Part shown: piece after piece, positions 46,290 through 55,791 of the stretch | How the letters are laid out: each line of letters begins with the position of its first letter | Numbering within the stretch: the first letter of the stretch is position 1 | Assembly (NCBI GenBank): GCA_945831585.1 | Contig: CAMACY010000004.1 | Location: 2,830-66,829, forward strand | Origin: an uncultured bacterium | GTDB taxonomy: Bacteria; Verrucomicrobiota; Verrucomicrobiia; Verrucomicrobiales; Akkermansiaceae | Direction of reading: 5' to 3' | DNA: 64,000 nt | Made by a program: the position numbers and the translations under genes | Notes under the pieces: model-generated | Seen by the model: only the letters and a program-made list of their open reading frames with translations | Database searches by the model: none | What the model was told of the DNA's origin: nothing

Positions 46290-47785
46290 GCTTGGTGACC
46301 TCCGATTTGGGTGTTGCGGTCGCGAGCGGTAGCGCCTTCTTCCAGGTTCATGCCGCGCAGGATAGCGTTGCTGCCGAATTGGCGGCGGATGTGCAGCAGG
46401 GCTTGCTGCATGCGGTGTTCGCGAGCCAGGCGCTCGCGTTCATCGTCCTCGCTCTCGGCGCAGCGTGGCTCGAAGAGCTCGAGCTGGTGCGGCTCGGTGC
46501 AATCTTGCAGCGGGGCGGTTTCGCTCACAACGCGAGCGGCGACCATGTTGAGCCGCCGCACCAGCAGAGAGGGGTCTATCAGCTCCTGCGCCAGCGCCTG
46601 CACGCTTTGACGCAGGAGGCGGGCGGAGGAAGTGAAGCGCCCGAGTTTGCGGCTGCCGTGCGCGTGGGCGGGAATGCGGCGCCCGTAGACATCGGTGCTG
46701 ACGGGGCCGCGATATTGGCGGCGGCGCTGCGGGTCGAGCAAATTCTCGATGTCGTAGCCGATGGTGATGGCGATTTGGTCGGTGACCAGTCCTTTTTCCA
46801 CCAGGTCAAGCGCGAGTTGGTCGGCCATTTCGCGCAGCACCAGCAGCGCTTTGTCGGCGCTGTAGGGCTCGTGCAGCACTTGCCCCGAACCCAGGCTGCG
46901 GTTGTCGGGGCGATAGGCCTTGATGTCCTGCACCGTGCAGGGTTCCCAGCCCCAGGCGTGGTCGATCAGCAGCTCGGCATTTTTGCCGAAGAGGCGGTAG
47001 AGGGAGTCTTCGTTGCGCAAGGAGCGGCGGGCGATGTCGCCCATGGTGTACAGGCCGTTTTGCTCCAAGGTGCGCGCGTAGCCCCGTCCGACGCGCCAGA
47101 AGTCGGTGAGGGGACGGTGCGCCCATAGCCGGCGGCGGTAGCCGGGCTCGTCCAACTCGGCGATGCGGGTGCCGTCGGCATCAGGAGCGGTGTGTTTGGC
47201 CTCGATGTCCATGGCGACTTTAGCCAGGTAGAGGTTGCTGCCGATGCCGGCGGTGGCGGTGATGCCGGTGTTGCGAAGGATGTCGAGGATGATGCGCTTG
47301 GCGAGTTCGCGAGGGCTGCAGCGGTAGCTGTCGAGGTAGGGGGCGACGTCGAGGAAGACCTCGTCAATGGAGTAGACGACAATGTGCTCGGGGGCGATGT
47401 AGCGGGTGTAGATCGTGTAGATGCGGGTGCTGTAGCGAATGTAGTGCGCCATGCGGGGCGGGGCAACCAGCACCTCCAGCGCGGCGCGCGGATCGCGCTG
47501 CAGCTCGTGTTGGGAGGAGGAGGTGCCGCTCAGCCCGGCGCGGGCGCGCTGTTGGCGCTCGCGGTTGATTTCGCGCTGCTTTTGGCGCACTTCAAAGAGC
47601 CGGGGTCGCCCGGGGAGCCCGCAGGCTTTGAGCGGCGGGGTAACGGCCAGACAGATGGTTTTGTCGGTGCGGCGCTCGTCGGCCACGACGAGGTGGGTGT
47701 CGAGAGGATCAAGCCCGCGCTCCACGCACTCGACAGAGGCGTAGAAGGACTTGAGGTCGATGGCGATATAGGCCGGCTTCGGCAT
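46286..47785 (-). CDS. Y-family (UmuC/UvrX-like) translesion DNA polymerase
   Basis: YIAIDLKSFYASVEC, YSIDEVFLD, TAGIGSNLYLAK, FWRVGRG, FGKNAELLIDHAWG, RNTQIGGH. Confidence 0.9.
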   Translation of the reverse strand: MPKPAYIAIDLKSFYASVECVERGLDPLDTHLVVADERRTDKTICLAVTPPLKACGLPGRPRLFEVRQKQREINRERQQRARAGLSGTSSSQHELQRDPRAALEVLVAPPRMAHYIRYSTRIYTIYTRYIAPEHIVVYSIDEVFLDVAPYLDSYRCSPRELAKRIILDILRNTGITATAGIGSNLYLAKVAMDIEAKHTAPDADGTRIAELDEPGYRRRLWAHRPLTDFWRVGRGYARTLEQNGLYTMGDIARRSLRNEDSLYRLFGKNAELLIDHAWGWEPCTVQDIKAYRPDNRSLGSGQVLHEPYSADKALLVLREMADQLALDLVEKGLVTDQIAITIGYDIENLLDPQRRRQYRGPVSTDVYGRRIPAHAHGSRKLGRFTSSARLLRQSVQALAQELIDPSLLVRRLNMVAARVVSETAPLQDCTEPHQLELFEPRCAESEDDERERLAREHRMQQALLHIRRQFGSNAILRGMNLEEGATARDRNTQIGGHQA

Positions 47786-47841
47786 GGTGACAGCCCCGCG
47801 GTGCGGGTGGGGGCAGCACACACCCGCGCTCCCGCACACGC

Positions 47842-48636
47842 TCACAAAATCTCCGGGGCGAGATAAAATTGCAGCAGGGTGATCTCGTCCTCACGGGTGA
47901 CGACGTAGCCGGGGTCGGCGGGCACCCACTGCAAGTGGTGAATGGTGGTACGCCGCGAACCGACGGGGTCTTCCGGGCGCGGGTCACGCAATTTGCCGCG
48001 CAGGGAAGGGGCAATCGCGGCGACGAGCTCGGCGGTGGTCAGGGGCGGCACGGCGGGGATGATGGAGGGGATACCCAACGGAATGCATTTTTCGACATCC
48101 AGCAGGATGCGCTCGGGCAGGTAAAGCTGGTGGTATTCCAGCGGGGCGAAGGGAAGCTCGCCGCGCTGTTGCTCGGGGTGCGTCAGGGCATGGAGCAGCG
48201 GATTAAACTCGGGGGTGGCGCGGGCAATGGAGGGGACATGGACGTTGAGCACGCGCCCGTACTGGTAGTTGACGGCTTCATAGAGCTTGATGCGATTGTT
48301 GGTGTAGGTATCGTCGCTCTGCTTGAGGGTGGGGGTGTTTTCATCGGCCTCGGGGGCGAGCATGTCCGCCGTGGTGACGAAGACGGTCAGCTCGGGGCGG
48401 ATATCACCCAGTCGGTGGATGAGGTAATCGGTGGCGCGGGTGTCGCCCTCGACATCGGCGCGCACGGCGGCGGGACCGTTGGCAATCGCCGGGTCGAGGA
48501 ACACCATCATGCGGAAGCTGCGCCCGAAAGCGAGCTTGAAATTTTCCTTGTCGATGAGGTAATCGAAGTAGCGATGCTTGGTCCAGTAGTTGCCGAAGAC
48601 GGTGCCGGCGCCGAGGAATGCGGTATCGTGGCTCAC
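47842..48636 (-). CDS. Degenerate NAD(P)-dependent epimerase/SDR-like protein
   Basis: Rossmann-like layout, but the Gly-rich motif reads FLGAGTVFG and the catalytic motif reads YTNNR. GTG start lies 7 nt after TTGTCA-17-TAGAAT. Confidence 0.5.
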   Translation of the reverse strand: MSHDTAFLGAGTVFGNYWTKHRYFDYLIDKENFKLAFGRSFRMMVFLDPAIANGPAAVRADVEGDTRATDYLIHRLGDIRPELTVFVTTADMLAPEADENTPTLKQSDDTYTNNRIKLYEAVNYQYGRVLNVHVPSIARATPEFNPLLHALTHPEQQRGELPFAPLEYHQLYLPERILLDVEKCIPLGIPSIIPAVPPLTTAELVAAIAPSLRGKLRDPRPEDPVGSRRTTIHHLQWVPADPGYVVTREDEITLLQFYLAPEIL

Positions 48637-48740
48637 GTTGTGCATTCTAGCGCACGGCACGGCGCCTGACAAGCGGTAAACGCGCGCCGCCGCGCAAAAA
48701 GGCAGCGGCGGCGCAACGGGGCTCCACTGCCCGTCGCGGC

Positions 48741-50348
48741 TTACATCTTGGCGCGGCGCGGGCGCAGGCTGTGCGGCGGCAGGGGGGCGATCAGGCCATG
48801 CGTCAACGCCTCGGCAAACATGCGGGCGGCGTCCGCGCTGTGCGAGGCGGCATCGTGCAGCGGGGTGTCGCGCAGGGCACCGCCGCTGCCGGCGGGGGCG
48901 CAGCGGTACATCTCCAGGCAGCTGAGCCCGCCGGGCTCCTTCTCACCGCGCAGGTTGATGCGCGGCAGCAGGGTGCGCCGGTGGAACCAGCTGCGCTCCA
49001 GCAGCCCGCGCAGAGCGTTGATGCCACGCCACACATCGGGGGTACGCGGCACCACGCGCACGGCGCAGATGCCCTCCTGCGCCAGACTCTCCACGTAGGA
49101 TTGCCCGTGCGGGTCGCGGTGGGCCGCGTCGTGCGGCAGGAGGTGGGCGGCGATGCGCCCGTAACGGCTCTCCCAACTGCGGATGATGCCGGCATAGTGT
49201 TCCAGGGGGAGCTGGTTGGAGGCGTAGTGGTCGAGCCAGTAAATTTGCCCGCCGTAGGGCTGCACCAGCCAGATAGCGGTGTGGTCGCTCATGCCGAGAT
49301 CCCAGGCGGTGTAGAGCGGCGCATCACTCCGGCACGCAAAATCGGCACCCACGCGTCCCTGCTCGCGCAGCAGGGCGATTTGGCTGCCGTAGATAGCGCC
49401 ATCGTTCCCGGTAGAGAAGGCCTCGTCGGGGGTGGTGGGGTATTCCTGGCGCATAGCGGCGCCCATGGTACGCTCCATGCGCGCGTACCAGAGCTTTTGC
49501 GCGTGGCTCAGGCGAATTCCCTGCTCCGTCTCCAGCTTTTCAAAGTAGGCTCCCAGCGCGTCGCTCCACCCGGAGCTGCCGGGCAGCGCGTAGTCGGGGT
49601 TGTCGGCCCAGCTAAAGAAGAAGAAGCGGAAGTCCAGAGGCGAGAGCTCGGCCTTGGCATTGTTTTCCATGGCCTGCACGGTCATCTCGTAGTTGACTCC
49701 GTAGCGCCCGCCCTCGTGGGTGCTTTCAAGGATGATGAGCCCATCCGCCGGGACGGTGTTGATGGCGCCGGTGCGGATTTCGCGGGCGCGCCACGGGGCG
49801 TGCACAGAGGTGTGCGCCAGCTCCGAGACATGCAGGAGTTGCAGGGTGCCGCCGCGCAGGTTGGTGCCCAGGCGGATGTCGCTGCCGTTGGAAAAGCCCA
49901 AGCGCGTGCGGGCATCGGTCACGGGGCGCCACTCCTGCTTGCGCCGGCAGCCGCTGCGCTGCTTGATGAGCCCGCCGAGGTAGGCGAGCGCCTGCTGCGC
50001 CGCATCGCTGCCGGGCGGGGCGTAATCGAGATGCTCCCAGGCGAAGCGAACCTTGTCGAGTTTCATCTCGGCATCGGGCAGGGTTTTGTCGATGATGCCG
50101 GCGTGGTAGTTAGGCGTAAACAGGCAGCGGTCGAGCATGAGCAGCGCCACATAGGTCGAGATACCCAGTTGGCGCGCCTTGAGCACAGCATTGCGGCTCC
50201 AGAGCCCGCGATGCAGGCGCAGCTGTGCCGCGTTGGGCGCAAAACGCTGCATCTGCCCGCTTTTCGTCTCGATCCAGTAGAGGTGCTGCAAGCGCCACAA
50301 CGGATTACCGAGCTGGCTGAAGTCGGCGAAAGCAGACGGCTTACTCAT
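48741..50348 (-). CDS. terL: Phage terminase large subunit (535 aa), motifs intact
   Basis: Walker A LKARQLGIST, Walker B LHVSE, coupling motif ILESTHEG, RNase H-like nuclease AWDLGMSDHTAIW, LPHDA, HDAASHSADA. The start overlaps the upstream stop (ATGAGTAA). Confidence 0.88.
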   Translation of the reverse strand: MSKPSAFADFSQLGNPLWRLQHLYWIETKSGQMQRFAPNAAQLRLHRGLWSRNAVLKARQLGISTYVALLMLDRCLFTPNYHAGIIDKTLPDAEMKLDKVRFAWEHLDYAPPGSDAAQQALAYLGGLIKQRSGCRRKQEWRPVTDARTRLGFSNGSDIRLGTNLRGGTLQLLHVSELAHTSVHAPWRAREIRTGAINTVPADGLIILESTHEGGRYGVNYEMTVQAMENNAKAELSPLDFRFFFFSWADNPDYALPGSSGWSDALGAYFEKLETEQGIRLSHAQKLWYARMERTMGAAMRQEYPTTPDEAFSTGNDGAIYGSQIALLREQGRVGADFACRSDAPLYTAWDLGMSDHTAIWLVQPYGGQIYWLDHYASNQLPLEHYAGIIRSWESRYGRIAAHLLPHDAAHRDPHGQSYVESLAQEGICAVRVVPRTPDVWRGINALRGLLERSWFHRRTLLPRINLRGEKEPGGLSCLEMYRCAPAGSGGALRDTPLHDAASHSADAARMFAEALTHGLIAPLPPHSLRPRRAKM

Positions 50349-53300
50349 CGTCCTCCGAATTCCACTCCTTTCCGAGGTAATTCCGCCACAAGCGCTTGAG
50401 CAACAACTGCTCGGGGAGCATATTTTCCTCTCCCGGTTCAGGCTGCGGCGACTCCGGCTGCGACTGCTCCGGCTTCTGGGGCTCCGGCACCCCACCCGAG
50501 CGGAATTTCTTGCGAGGTGCCTTTTCGGGCTGCGGTTGAGTCAGGGGAGTCACGTCGCGCAGGTAGCCGTGGTTCAAACGATGACTGCCGTAGGAGGCGG
50601 TGGACGACCATTGCCACAACGTGTCCTCCTTTTCCGTACGGCGAGCGGTATGAAAGAGCTCGCGCACCGCCTGTTCCTTCTCGGGATTCCGGCGCAGATA
50701 ATCGTTCAGCGCCAGCAGCTCACTCTTAGCCTCAGCATCGCCGGCATATTCGTGCCGAGCCAAGGCATAGAGGAAGAGCGAAGCCAGCGCCTCGGGCTCC
50801 GAGTACTCGTGGGGTGCCTTCCCTGCCATCACACGCCCGAAGCGGCAGTCCTCCGCCAGAGCCAGGAGCAACTCAGCGTTGGGAATCAGCTCCGAGCGAG
50901 AATGGTTAAGGCTCTCGGCACTCTCCGTTCGTTGCATCAACGCCTTCCATGCCTCCTCCACCATGGTCTTGCCGTAGAAGTTCAACATATGCCCCGTGAA
51001 CTGGCGATCGGGATTCAGGAATCGATCCAACGTCTGGTACAAGAAGCGCCCCTGCGAGCCATTGGGCAGCGCGCGCCCGCCCTGCAGGGGAGCTCCCACG
51101 AAGGTATGCACCACATAGGGACTGCGCAAATCGCCATAGAGACTGCTGCGCGAGCCGGGCATCAGGCGCACATGCGTCAGGGGATTCTCCTCGGACTCGT
51201 AGATGCAGATACGGCGTAGCGCCTCCTCGGGCAAGGGGGCTCGCGCCGAAAAACGGTAATCGCCGAACTGCATACCGGGTTCCCCCTCCTCGGAAAGCTG
51301 TGTGAACAAGTTCTGTAGCGTCTGGAAGGGGCGACGAATCGTCCACGCGGCATCCATGCCGGGCAGCAGACGCCCGGTATCCTGCGAATAGAGCTCGAAG
51401 TTCCACCACACCCCGCGCTCATCGGCATAGGGCAGCGACATCACCGCACGGCGCAGACGCGACAAATCGTGCAACGTTCCCTGCTGCTCGCTCAACTCGG
51501 GCGGCAAAGCCTCCGCAGGTTCCAGGTCGAAATCGCGTTGCAGCAGCCCCGGACGGCTGTAATCCGCACCGGTCCGCGTCACCTCCTCCGGGCGCATGAC
51601 CGGGCGCAAATCCAAAGGACGAAGCTTGAGCTGCAGCAATTGCCGCCCATCCTCGGGGTTCACATCGTAGCGCCGCAACTCCGGGAACTCCTGCAACGCC
51701 TTCTCCAGGCGTTGCAGAGCCGGCGGCGCTTCAGGCTTATCCGGCGCGGCAATCACATCCTCCGCTGCGCCCTCATGCTCGCAGAGCCAGTTAAAACGCC
51801 CGGCCAAAGCCTCCCGCTGAGACTCCGTCAGCTGCGACCAGCCTTGCGCAGGCGCGCGCAGCACATTCCACAGCCCCGGCTCGCGGTTGCGGAACTCGTG
51901 GTCACCGGCCATGGCATAACTCCAGCCCTGCTCCAGACGGCGCGACTCGCTCGGCACCAGCGCGTCGACAAAGGTCGCGAAGAGAGGGTCAGCCGTCAGC
52001 GTCTCCCCCTCGTTCTCCGCTCGCTTCCACTGCTCGGCAAAGGGCAGGAACTCCCGCATCTCCTCCACTGTATGCCGCAACGTTCGCCGCAACCCCTGCG
52101 TCGCATCGTGGCGCCCCATGCGACCACCGGACGCTTGAAGAAAGGAGCCGCGCCCTTCCATCGGGCGGGCAAAGGCCGACAGCCCGAACCACTCGCGCAC
52201 AGACTCCGGCAAGGGCAGCTCCTGCAAATGATTGAGCAGGTAGCCCATCGAGCAGCGGCTCAGATGCTCGGCCAATTGGCGATCGCGCACTGCCGAAAAG
52301 CGGAAAAAGCGCTGCGGCCACCACTCGTTGACGGCATCGAGATAGTCCGACTCCGTGCGGTAATCCTCGCGCACGGGAGCCTTGCGTTTGTGCCAAGCCC
52401 CGTTGCGCATGATAAAGTTCGCCTTCTTCTGTGTCACAACACCCTGCCGCAGCAGAAAGTCAATGGCCTCCCGGGGGGTCACCCTCCCGGTCTGAATAGC
52501 ATCGAGCCAATGCGCCGTCAGTCGCCCCTTGAAGTAGGCAAAAGGATTACTCACGGAGCGCTCCTCCATCCGCAGGTGGTCATAGACATCGGGACTGCTC
52601 TCAATCAGCTGTTGCTCCGAACGCTTTTTGAGCCTTAAGTTCACGCGCAGGGGGCCGATACCCACCCCGGGCTCCGTCAGCGACACATTCTCGTGCCACA
52701 ACTGTTGCAAATCGTTGGTCGCCATCGCCGTCAAGCGGTCGAAATAGGAATACTGGCGCTCCTGCCCCAACGAGAACGCATTGGCGTCGAAGCCTTCCGG
52801 ACCGCGCGCGGCATTATAATCACACATCAACGCATGGTCTAGATTCAGGAAGCGCAGGCGCATGCCCGCAGCCAAATCGTTCACCGCCTGCTCGCGCGTA
52901 CCATGCCAGCGGGTGTAGCGGCCGTCGGGTGTCCGCACGCGCCAATAGCTCTGCCCATCATCGCCGAGTCGCTGCTCGGGTTCCACCCCGCACAGGTAGT
53001 GATAGCGCTGCATCATCTCCTCGTTCTGGCGGGCATACTCCGCACGATCCGTCGCATCGACCTCGGGGAGCTTGGGCATCCACGAATCCCCGGGAAGCCT
53101 GTTGCCCAACTCTCGGTGCAGCAGGTGTGCCATCGACTCCTGCGGCGACATCCCGCGCGCAATACCCGTCTGGAAATCGGGATGATACAGCAACAGCGAG
53201 CAGAGCGTATCCGCCACGGCTCGTGAATTGCGCACCAGCTCAATGGCATCATAGTACTCTTGCGGGCGATTGTTGTGCAGCGGGTCGCGGCGCTCCATCG

Positions 53301-55779
53301 CCAGCGGAAAAATCTTCGACAAGCTCCTGGGTGTCACGCGGTACTGCCAAGCGTGCACCCCCATCGAGCGGAAGTTATCGAGATGGTAGCGCGTCACAAA
53401 ATCGCCGATGACGGAGGTCATGCCCTCCACCGGCGTGCCCAAAACGCGCTCCAGCACCGCCTCGGCCAGCTTGCCGATGTAGCGGCGGCGCAGCGCCTCG
53501 CCCTCGCGCAGCGTAGCGTTCACATCTTTGCCGCGGTACAACATCGTTTCCACCGATGTCGTGTTGAGCAAAAAGCGGTACGACAAGCTGTCCGCCAGAC
53601 GAATCACCTCGCCAATGGCGCGGCGGCGCTCGGCCGCCGTCTCGGGCGTGAAATCACCAAGCACCCGCAATTTGGGATCCAGCAAATCCTCTGTCCGCAC
53701 CCTGCCCTGCGGCAAATCCTTCGGGAAAGCCTTTTGGTGCCAGGCATCAGCCAGTTGCAAGTAGGGCAGCGTCTCCTTGGTCACGGGTTGCCCCTCCGCA
53801 AAACGCTGCGTCAACGACTCCACCACCTCGGGCTTGCTGATATCCGCCGGCGTAAAAGGCTCGGGCTTTTGGCTTGTCTCCGCCGGGAGCTGCAAGAAAT
53901 CACGCACCGCCTCTTCCTTCTCAAAAACGCGGCACTCGGGCGTCTGCAACAACTTGAGCGCGCGCAGCGCCTCCGCCAAAAAGCCCGCGCCGCCCCAGCG
54001 CTTGCTGCTGTGAATCGCCTCGTAGAGCATGCGGTCGCGGCGGTTGATGTCGGGCTCCGCGAGGATGCGCTGCTGCTCGGCCTCGCCCACCCCCCACTCA
54101 TCCAAAGCCTCGCCCCGCGCCCCCAAAATCGCCTGCGGATGGCGGAAATGGCGCAGCGCCACCCGCCCCGAACCGATGAGCACAAAGGGCAGCAGGCGTG
54201 CCGCCTCGCGCATATTCTGTTCCACGTCAACCATGGTCTTCCCATAGCTCTGCCAGTCAATATTCGAGGCCGTATCACTCAGCTGCGCGGCCAGCTCCTG
54301 CAAGCCCAAATCGGCCGTCTGTCCCGCCTTGGAAGCCATGAGCAGCTTCACATTCTCCGCCGTCAGCGCACCCGCAGATTTGAGCGCCGCCAGCGAATAG
54401 CCCTTGGCACCGTGGGCCCGGGCAAATTCCCCCAGCGAACGGTTGAGCATCTGCCCACCCACGCGACTCATGCCGCAGAAAATCCCCGCCTGCACCGCCG
54501 CCCCCAACACCCCGGCCGCCGTCTGCAAGCGGCGATCCCCCTCCGGGGCGCGTTCGCGCGCCGCGGCCACGGCCTCACCCATGCCCGAGAGACTCAGCAA
54601 CCCGAAGCCCGCCCCACCGCAGAAAGCCAGCGCCGCGCCGGGCGTTGCCTCGGCCGCATCCACCATCATCTGCTCGGCCAAGGAAGCATCCGGCGCCAAA
54701 CGCACGGGATATGCCTCACCCTGCGCACGACGTCGCAGCTCCTCAAACACCTGCAAACGGGCATCCGCGCCCTCTGCCGCGCGGCTCAACGAGGGCGCAT
54801 TCAACGAGCGCCCCGCCTGATCCAGCGTGGCCGCAGCCGTATGCCCCACCCCCTGCAAAAGCCCCCAGTTCAGGTTGGTCGATCCGCGCTGCGCCGCAGC
54901 CCACATGGTCGGCAGCAGCGCCGAACTCCCCCGCCCGCGCCGCCCCTCGGGCAAGCGCGTCATCGCCACGCGGTAGAGAAGAGCACGCTGCTGCGGATCC
55001 GTCTCCGCCAGCGTATCCACCACGTCCATCAGCTCGGGAACGCGCGAGTAGAAGTGGAGCATATCCGGCAACTTGCCCCCCTCCACCCCCTCCACAGCCG
55101 CCATCGCCTGCGCCACCCGATCGGCCATCGGCAGCAGCCGCTTGCGCTCGCGAGCCCCCTCGGCATAGCCCAGCGCCGCCACGCGCGACTCCGGCGTCTG
55201 CGCCTCCGGCTCCGCCTCTGCCCCATCCAGCGCCCGTTCATAAGCCCGGGTATACAACGCGCGCGCCTGCCGCCGCCGAGGCTCATCCTGAGCCACCTGC
55301 GACAGCGAGGCAAAGAGCTCCGGCTCACTGTCCCCGCTGCCCAAGCGCTGCGCCAAACGCTGCCGCAACACCGGCCACTCCGCCGCCACCCGCGCACGCG
55401 GGCGCCCCGAATAATCAGCCGCCCACGAACGATTCACCGTCGAAAGCAGCCGATACTCACGCTCCTCACCCGACAGTGTAGCATCCGCCGCACCGGCGCG
55501 CTGCTGCACCTCTGCCGGGATACTCGCCGCCTCACCCGTCAACACGCGCTGCCAATAGGCACGCAACGGCGTATCGAGCGAAATCTCGGCAGCCCCCGCC
55601 AAGTTGCCCGCCTGCCGCGACGACGCGGCCTCCTCTTCGGGCTCGGGGGCTACCGCCTGCAACGCCTCCCCGCCTGCCCCGGCGGCAGGCAAGGCTTCCA
55701 CCTGCTGCGACAACTCGGGCTGCACACTCGCTTCCGGCGCATCCTGCGGCACCGCCTCAACAATGGGTTTTGCTATCAT
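50341..55779 (-). CDS. 1812-aa hypothetical protein, possible phage internal virion/DNA-ejection-type protein
   Basis: Long uninterrupted ORF coupled to terL. The N-terminal third is helical and Ala/Gly-rich with hydrophobic GAALAFCGGAGFG...GVLGAAVQAG segments. Function is inferred only. Confidence 0.6.
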   Translation of the reverse strand: MIAKPIVEAVPQDAPEASVQPELSQQVEALPAAGAGGEALQAVAPEPEEEAASSRQAGNLAGAAEISLDTPLRAYWQRVLTGEAASIPAEVQQRAGAADATLSGEEREYRLLSTVNRSWAADYSGRPRARVAAEWPVLRQRLAQRLGSGDSEPELFASLSQVAQDEPRRRQARALYTRAYERALDGAEAEPEAQTPESRVAALGYAEGARERKRLLPMADRVAQAMAAVEGVEGGKLPDMLHFYSRVPELMDVVDTLAETDPQQRALLYRVAMTRLPEGRRGRGSSALLPTMWAAAQRGSTNLNWGLLQGVGHTAAATLDQAGRSLNAPSLSRAAEGADARLQVFEELRRRAQGEAYPVRLAPDASLAEQMMVDAAEATPGAALAFCGGAGFGLLSLSGMGEAVAAARERAPEGDRRLQTAAGVLGAAVQAGIFCGMSRVGGQMLNRSLGEFARAHGAKGYSLAALKSAGALTAENVKLLMASKAGQTADLGLQELAAQLSDTASNIDWQSYGKTMVDVEQNMREAARLLPFVLIGSGRVALRHFRHPQAILGARGEALDEWGVGEAEQQRILAEPDINRRDRMLYEAIHSSKRWGGAGFLAEALRALKLLQTPECRVFEKEEAVRDFLQLPAETSQKPEPFTPADISKPEVVESLTQRFAEGQPVTKETLPYLQLADAWHQKAFPKDLPQGRVRTEDLLDPKLRVLGDFTPETAAERRRAIGEVIRLADSLSYRFLLNTTSVETMLYRGKDVNATLREGEALRRRYIGKLAEAVLERVLGTPVEGMTSVIGDFVTRYHLDNFRSMGVHAWQYRVTPRSLSKIFPLAMERRDPLHNNRPQEYYDAIELVRNSRAVADTLCSLLLYHPDFQTGIARGMSPQESMAHLLHRELGNRLPGDSWMPKLPEVDATDRAEYARQNEEMMQRYHYLCGVEPEQRLGDDGQSYWRVRTPDGRYTRWHGTREQAVNDLAAGMRLRFLNLDHALMCDYNAARGPEGFDANAFSLGQERQYSYFDRLTAMATNDLQQLWHENVSLTEPGVGIGPLRVNLRLKKRSEQQLIESSPDVYDHLRMEERSVSNPFAYFKGRLTAHWLDAIQTGRVTPREAIDFLLRQGVVTQKKANFIMRNGAWHKRKAPVREDYRTESDYLDAVNEWWPQRFFRFSAVRDRQLAEHLSRCSMGYLLNHLQELPLPESVREWFGLSAFARPMEGRGSFLQASGGRMGRHDATQGLRRTLRHTVEEMREFLPFAEQWKRAENEGETLTADPLFATFVDALVPSESRRLEQGWSYAMAGDHEFRNREPGLWNVLRAPAQGWSQLTESQREALAGRFNWLCEHEGAAEDVIAAPDKPEAPPALQRLEKALQEFPELRRYDVNPEDGRQLLQLKLRPLDLRPVMRPEEVTRTGADYSRPGLLQRDFDLEPAEALPPELSEQQGTLHDLSRLRRAVMSLPYADERGVWWNFELYSQDTGRLLPGMDAAWTIRRPFQTLQNLFTQLSEEGEPGMQFGDYRFSARAPLPEEALRRICIYESEENPLTHVRLMPGSRSSLYGDLRSPYVVHTFVGAPLQGGRALPNGSQGRFLYQTLDRFLNPDRQFTGHMLNFYGKTMVEEAWKALMQRTESAESLNHSRSELIPNAELLLALAEDCRFGRVMAGKAPHEYSEPEALASLFLYALARHEYAGDAEAKSELLALNDYLRRNPEKEQAVRELFHTARRTEKEDTLWQWSSTASYGSHRLNHGYLRDVTPLTQPQPEKAPRKKFRSGGVPEPQKPEQSQPESPQPEPGEENMLPEQLLLKRLWRNYLGKEWNSEDDE

Positions 55780-55791
55780 AAAAACGATCTC

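Noticed and set aside
47786-47841. LexA/SOS box upstream of the Y-family polymerase
   Set aside because: No GAAC-N4-GTTC, TGTTC-N4-GAACA or CTGT-N8-ACAG site is seen.
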